DNA of 64,000 nt from contig CDMY01000069.1 of assembly GCA_001179505.1 (NCBI GenBank), positions 62,001 through 126,000 of the forward strand. Reading direction: 5' to 3'. Below are positions 60,848 to 64,000 of this stretch, piece by piece. Made by a program: the position numbers and the translations under genes. Under the pieces are notes generated by a model. It searched no databases and was not told the DNA's origin. It saw only the letters and a list, made by a program, of their open reading frames with translations. The first letter of the stretch is position 1, and the number at the start of each line of letters is the position of its first letter. Source of the stretch: Vitrella brassicaformis CCMP3155. Its lineage: Eukaryota > Protista > Chromerida.

Positions 60848-62160
60848 ATGACGGCACCGTGGAGCGGCGCGGCCGTGTTGCTATCATTACTGATGGCGTG
60901 CAGGACGTCAGCCATCACTCTGGGGCTGAAGCGCTCTGGAGCATTCATCAGGGTACCGCAGCCTGCACCCACGTCCGTCAACCGCGGCCCATCCACGACC
61001 GAGCCTATGCCATCGACCATTTCGCCGCCTCGTGTGTTGGGCGGCGAGACGAGCCCTCAGCCGCTGCACAGCCTGGCTCCCAAGACCGACAAGCCGACGG
61101 ACAGAGACGCCTTGCTGGGCGATTTGAAACTGCTTGAACTGACGCCCAGACGGCCGAATCTACAGCTGGTGGCCTCATTCGTCATTGGGGAGGCCCTCCT
61201 CGCAGCCGCCACCTTTGGCACGGTACACACACGCAGACACACACACTCAGACAGACAGACGCGAGGGCACATATGCTCCCGCACGAATCCATTGTCGGTT
61301 GCTGTCTGCCTGCCTGTCTGCCTGCCTGCCTGCCTGCCCAGGCCTACTTTGTTCCGTTCCTCGACCCCTTCTTCGGTTCCCACTTGGACCAAGAGGCAGT
61401 GGTGCAGGGGGTGCTGTGGTCACTGCCGCTCGTGGCATTCGGCTTTCTGCTCGACAACCTGCCCTGGAAGATCTTCAAAAAGATTGACAGAGATACCAAG
61501 TTCCTCGTGTTGGCGTTGTTCGGCAAGGAGGCCAACCTGCCGACCGTGGCTCTGCTGGCGGCCACCTTGGCGGGGGCGGCAGGCTTTGCGGAGGAGGCGC
61601 TGTTCAGAGGCACCCTACTGCCCCTGTTCAACCTGCCGCTCTTCGGCGGCTTCCCTTCAGGCCTGCTTATCTCGTCATTCCTCTTTGGCGTCGCCCACAG
61701 CCCGGTGCCCGGCGCTGACGCATTCCTCGAGGCCGTCTATGGCCTCTGGTTCGGTGTCATCTACTACATGGCCGACGGCAACATTTGGGTGCCCATGATC
61801 GCACACGCCTTCTATGACTTCGTGACCTTCCTCTGGGTGCACGTCCGCGCCACCAGCCGCGTCAAGCAGCTCACCGAGTCGGTCAGCCCTGAGGCGCTCC
61901 GCGAGATGGAAATGCAGGTCCGCGAGAGCCTCCCAGCGGAGTTCGCGCGCTTTGCCAAGGCGACGTTCCAAATGCTTGATCTGGACGGCAGTGGCGGGAT
62001 CACGAAGGAGGAGCTGCGGCTGGGGCTGCGGGTGTTCAGCAACCGGCTGCGGGACGAAGATGTGGACAATCTGTTTGCCGCCATGGACAGGGACGGCAGT
62101 GGGCAGATCGACTTCAACGAATTCCTGTCTTTCGTCACCAAACGACTCGTCATCAGATAG
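60848..62160 (+). CDS. Plastid-targeted CPBP (CAAX/Abi type II) intramembrane glutamic protease fused to a C-terminal EF-hand pair
   Basis: Two exons (intron 61223-61341, phase 0). Signal peptide MTAPWSGAAVLLSLLMACRTSA plus S/P/R-rich transit peptide. CPBP motifs AEEALFRG, FLFGVAH, IAHAFYD. EF loops DLDGSGGITKEE and DRDGSGQIDFNEF. Confidence 0.88.
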
Positions 62161-63310
62161 ATAGGGAGATCGTCAGATGTGTCAGGGGCGGTCAGAGGTG
62201 GGGAGAGTACGTCAGTCACTCGATAGTGCTGGAGTGAGTGGAGGCTGTGTGCATTTTCCTGGCTCCAAACCCCCGTACGATGACTGCCTTGCGCGCACTG
62301 TAGAATGGACGGACTGATGCTTGTTTGTTTCTGGTTTCGGTAGCCACGTATTTCTCGTCAGCTGAGCTGAAGTTGGGGTTGCTGCTTTTTATGTGAGACG
62401 CGAGTACGTGCGCCTGTCGGCAGGCCAGGCTCTTTTTCACGTCCAACACAACAGACCGAGTGAGTGTGTTGTCGTGTGTTGTAGTGTGGTGTTGGTTGAC
62501 AATGAACTGAGGCAATTCAGACTCATAATAAGCCATCTTAACGCTGCTCCTTCGGTCCGAACAAGTATGAACCACCAGAGACATACATGTCTTACACCAT
62601 GGCATGGCCCCACAATGAAGTGGAGATACCCAACAGACAGACGGACATCCCCAACAGACAGAGAGACAGACAGACAGAGAGACGAACGGACGCACACACT
62701 TCAGCATGCCGACGAAATGCACCTCAATCACATGGCACATGCAACCTATTCAGTCCAACAGGGCTGCTCCCAGTCTCAGCCGCTCCTGTTGATAAAAGCG
62801 CGGCGGGTGGCTCCGCCGCGATAAGCATCAAGCCGGTGATAGTCACACCCTCGGGAGTCTCGGCGAATTTTGACTGCAGGCAGCTGCATGAGGAGTCCTC
62901 GCCATTCATTCGTGGCAGCAAACAGTCAAGGACAGGCGAGAAAGTCTCAATTGTAGCTAGGTGTGTGGTGTCAAAGTGTATCTATCGCAGTTACTTGACA
63001 GACAACGATCCAGGTCATGGGCTTCAGCTGCTGCTGTTGCGCCTACGACTCCCACGGCCCCCAGTCCACTCGATACAACAAAGAGAAAGCCACGGAATAT
63101 ACAATGTAAGCAGCGATTGCTGCCTGCACACGGCACGCAGCGGCACGGGCACGGGCTTGATCTGAGCGCGGTAGGCCGCGACAACCTCGCATTCTACCTG
63201 ATGCAGACGTCTATCTATCTCCGTTGGACTGACGAAATACTTATACACCCTCCTTCTCTTGGAATGACAGAAAAATTCGACTCCCAATGTGTGTCTCTCG
63301 TGTCTCTCTC

Positions 63311-64000
63311 CTACGCTTGCTCGCCGAAATCGCGGTTCCACCGCTCCAAGACCGCGACCATCTCCCGTGTCGTCGTCGGCTTGATGTGCTGGATGGCCGA
63401 AAGCACGTCGTCCACGAGCAATGGTCGCCGGCCTCTCAGCGCTGCAATCGCCTCAGTGTCGTCCTGGAGGCACTGCACGGAATCCGATGCGTCGATGGAG
63501 CCGGTCAGTAGGACCTCGCGCACGGACACATAGGCCGCCTTGCGGCACACCTTAATTGGTGAGGTCGCGAAATGAGTATCCCTCTGTCTCATTCGCCACC
63601 TGCAGGGACAGAAAACGGTCACACACGGAGAGAAGATTGATCATCGCTTACCCTGGCAAAGTCTCGGTCGGTGAATGTGTGGCCTTTGGTGTTCTGACTC
63701 AGCAGCTTGCGCATCAGGGCCTCCCGGCCGGCCTGGTCTGGAAGAGGGACGTACGTGCGCAGAAGGAGGCGATTGAGTAAGGCCGGGTCCAGGTAGGTCC
63801 CAAGGTCGCTTGGTGGCCCCGATGACCTGGACCTGGTCCTCGCCCATCGTGAGGCCGTCCATTTGTGTGAGCAGCTCTCCCTTGATGCGACTGCATGCGA
63901 TGCACCGACAGGCACACAAAGGTCGATACGGGCAAGTGTGCAAATACACACGATATGGAATTACTTGGCCGTTTCATTGCCGAGCGGGGCACACTCACGG
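63311..64000 (-). pseudogene. 3' part of a spastin/katanin/fidgetin-type AAA ATPase with two +4 frameshifts (runs off the window edge)
   Basis: RIKGELLTQMDG...VIGATKRPWDL [ACCT duplicated at 63791-63798] DPALLNRLLLRTYVPLPD; TEGYSFRDLT [4-nt insertion at about 63552-63557 creating TAA] KVCRKAA; RPLLVDDVLSAIQHIKPT...LERWNRDFG. Confidence 0.7.

Noticed and set aside
63552-63557. TTAA at the second AAA frameshift as a piggyBac footprint
   Set aside because: piggyBac normally excises precisely, there are no transposon ends nearby, and simple slippage explains it.
338-64000. Many short ORFs rich in HTHT, VCVC, SVCL or TDRQ
   Set aside because: They are translations of intronic (CA)n/(CAGA)n microsatellites or antisense shadows of real exons.
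1-64000. CRISPR arrays, prokaryotic operons, rRNA/tRNA genes, transposases or reverse transcriptases
   Set aside because: None seen. The repeats are simple-sequence, and all recognised genes are spliceosomal-intron-containing eukaryotic genes.

Overview
Eukaryotic nuclear DNA that is intron-dense, with GC-rich coding sequence and microsatellite-filled introns. It mixes apicomplexan-type genes (RAP protein, [10 protein letters not shown]-type eEF2, an ApiCox-like subunit) with plastid-targeted photosynthesis genes (LPA1-like). This points to a chromerid, most likely Vitrella brassicaformis (inference). Twenty recognisable protein genes were assembled by hand from spliced exons: ATP12, ATG7, a mitochondrial carrier, TIM23, a TM-ankyrin protein, RlmE/MRM2, eEF2, a plastid-targeted low-complexity protein, a RAP protein, a cullin, SPB1, bL21m, an ApiCox-like protein, importin-beta, VPS26, puuE allantoinase, WDR20/CreC-like, LPA1-like, a CPBP protease-EF-hand fusion, and a frameshifted AAA ATPase cut by the window edge. 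Most notable observations: (1) the 20 genes alternate strand without exception, forming nine divergent pairs with 120-360 bp spacers that share recurring motifs (GCGAGCT, TGAAACCGCT, AGATCT); (2) a plastid-targeted intramembrane CPBP protease is fused to two canonical EF-hands and sits head-to-head with an LPA1-like PSII assembly factor; (3) a plastid-targeted sticker-and-spacer protein with two small helical domains is a pyrenoid or condensate scaffold candidate; (4) introns carry polarised, mutually complementary (CA/CAGA)n ... (TG/TCTG)n repeats, except in a 24-32 kb domain. There are two 300-nt assembly gaps. No rRNA, tRNA, CRISPR array or intact mobile element was seen. Exon boundaries and some start codons are manual and approximate.
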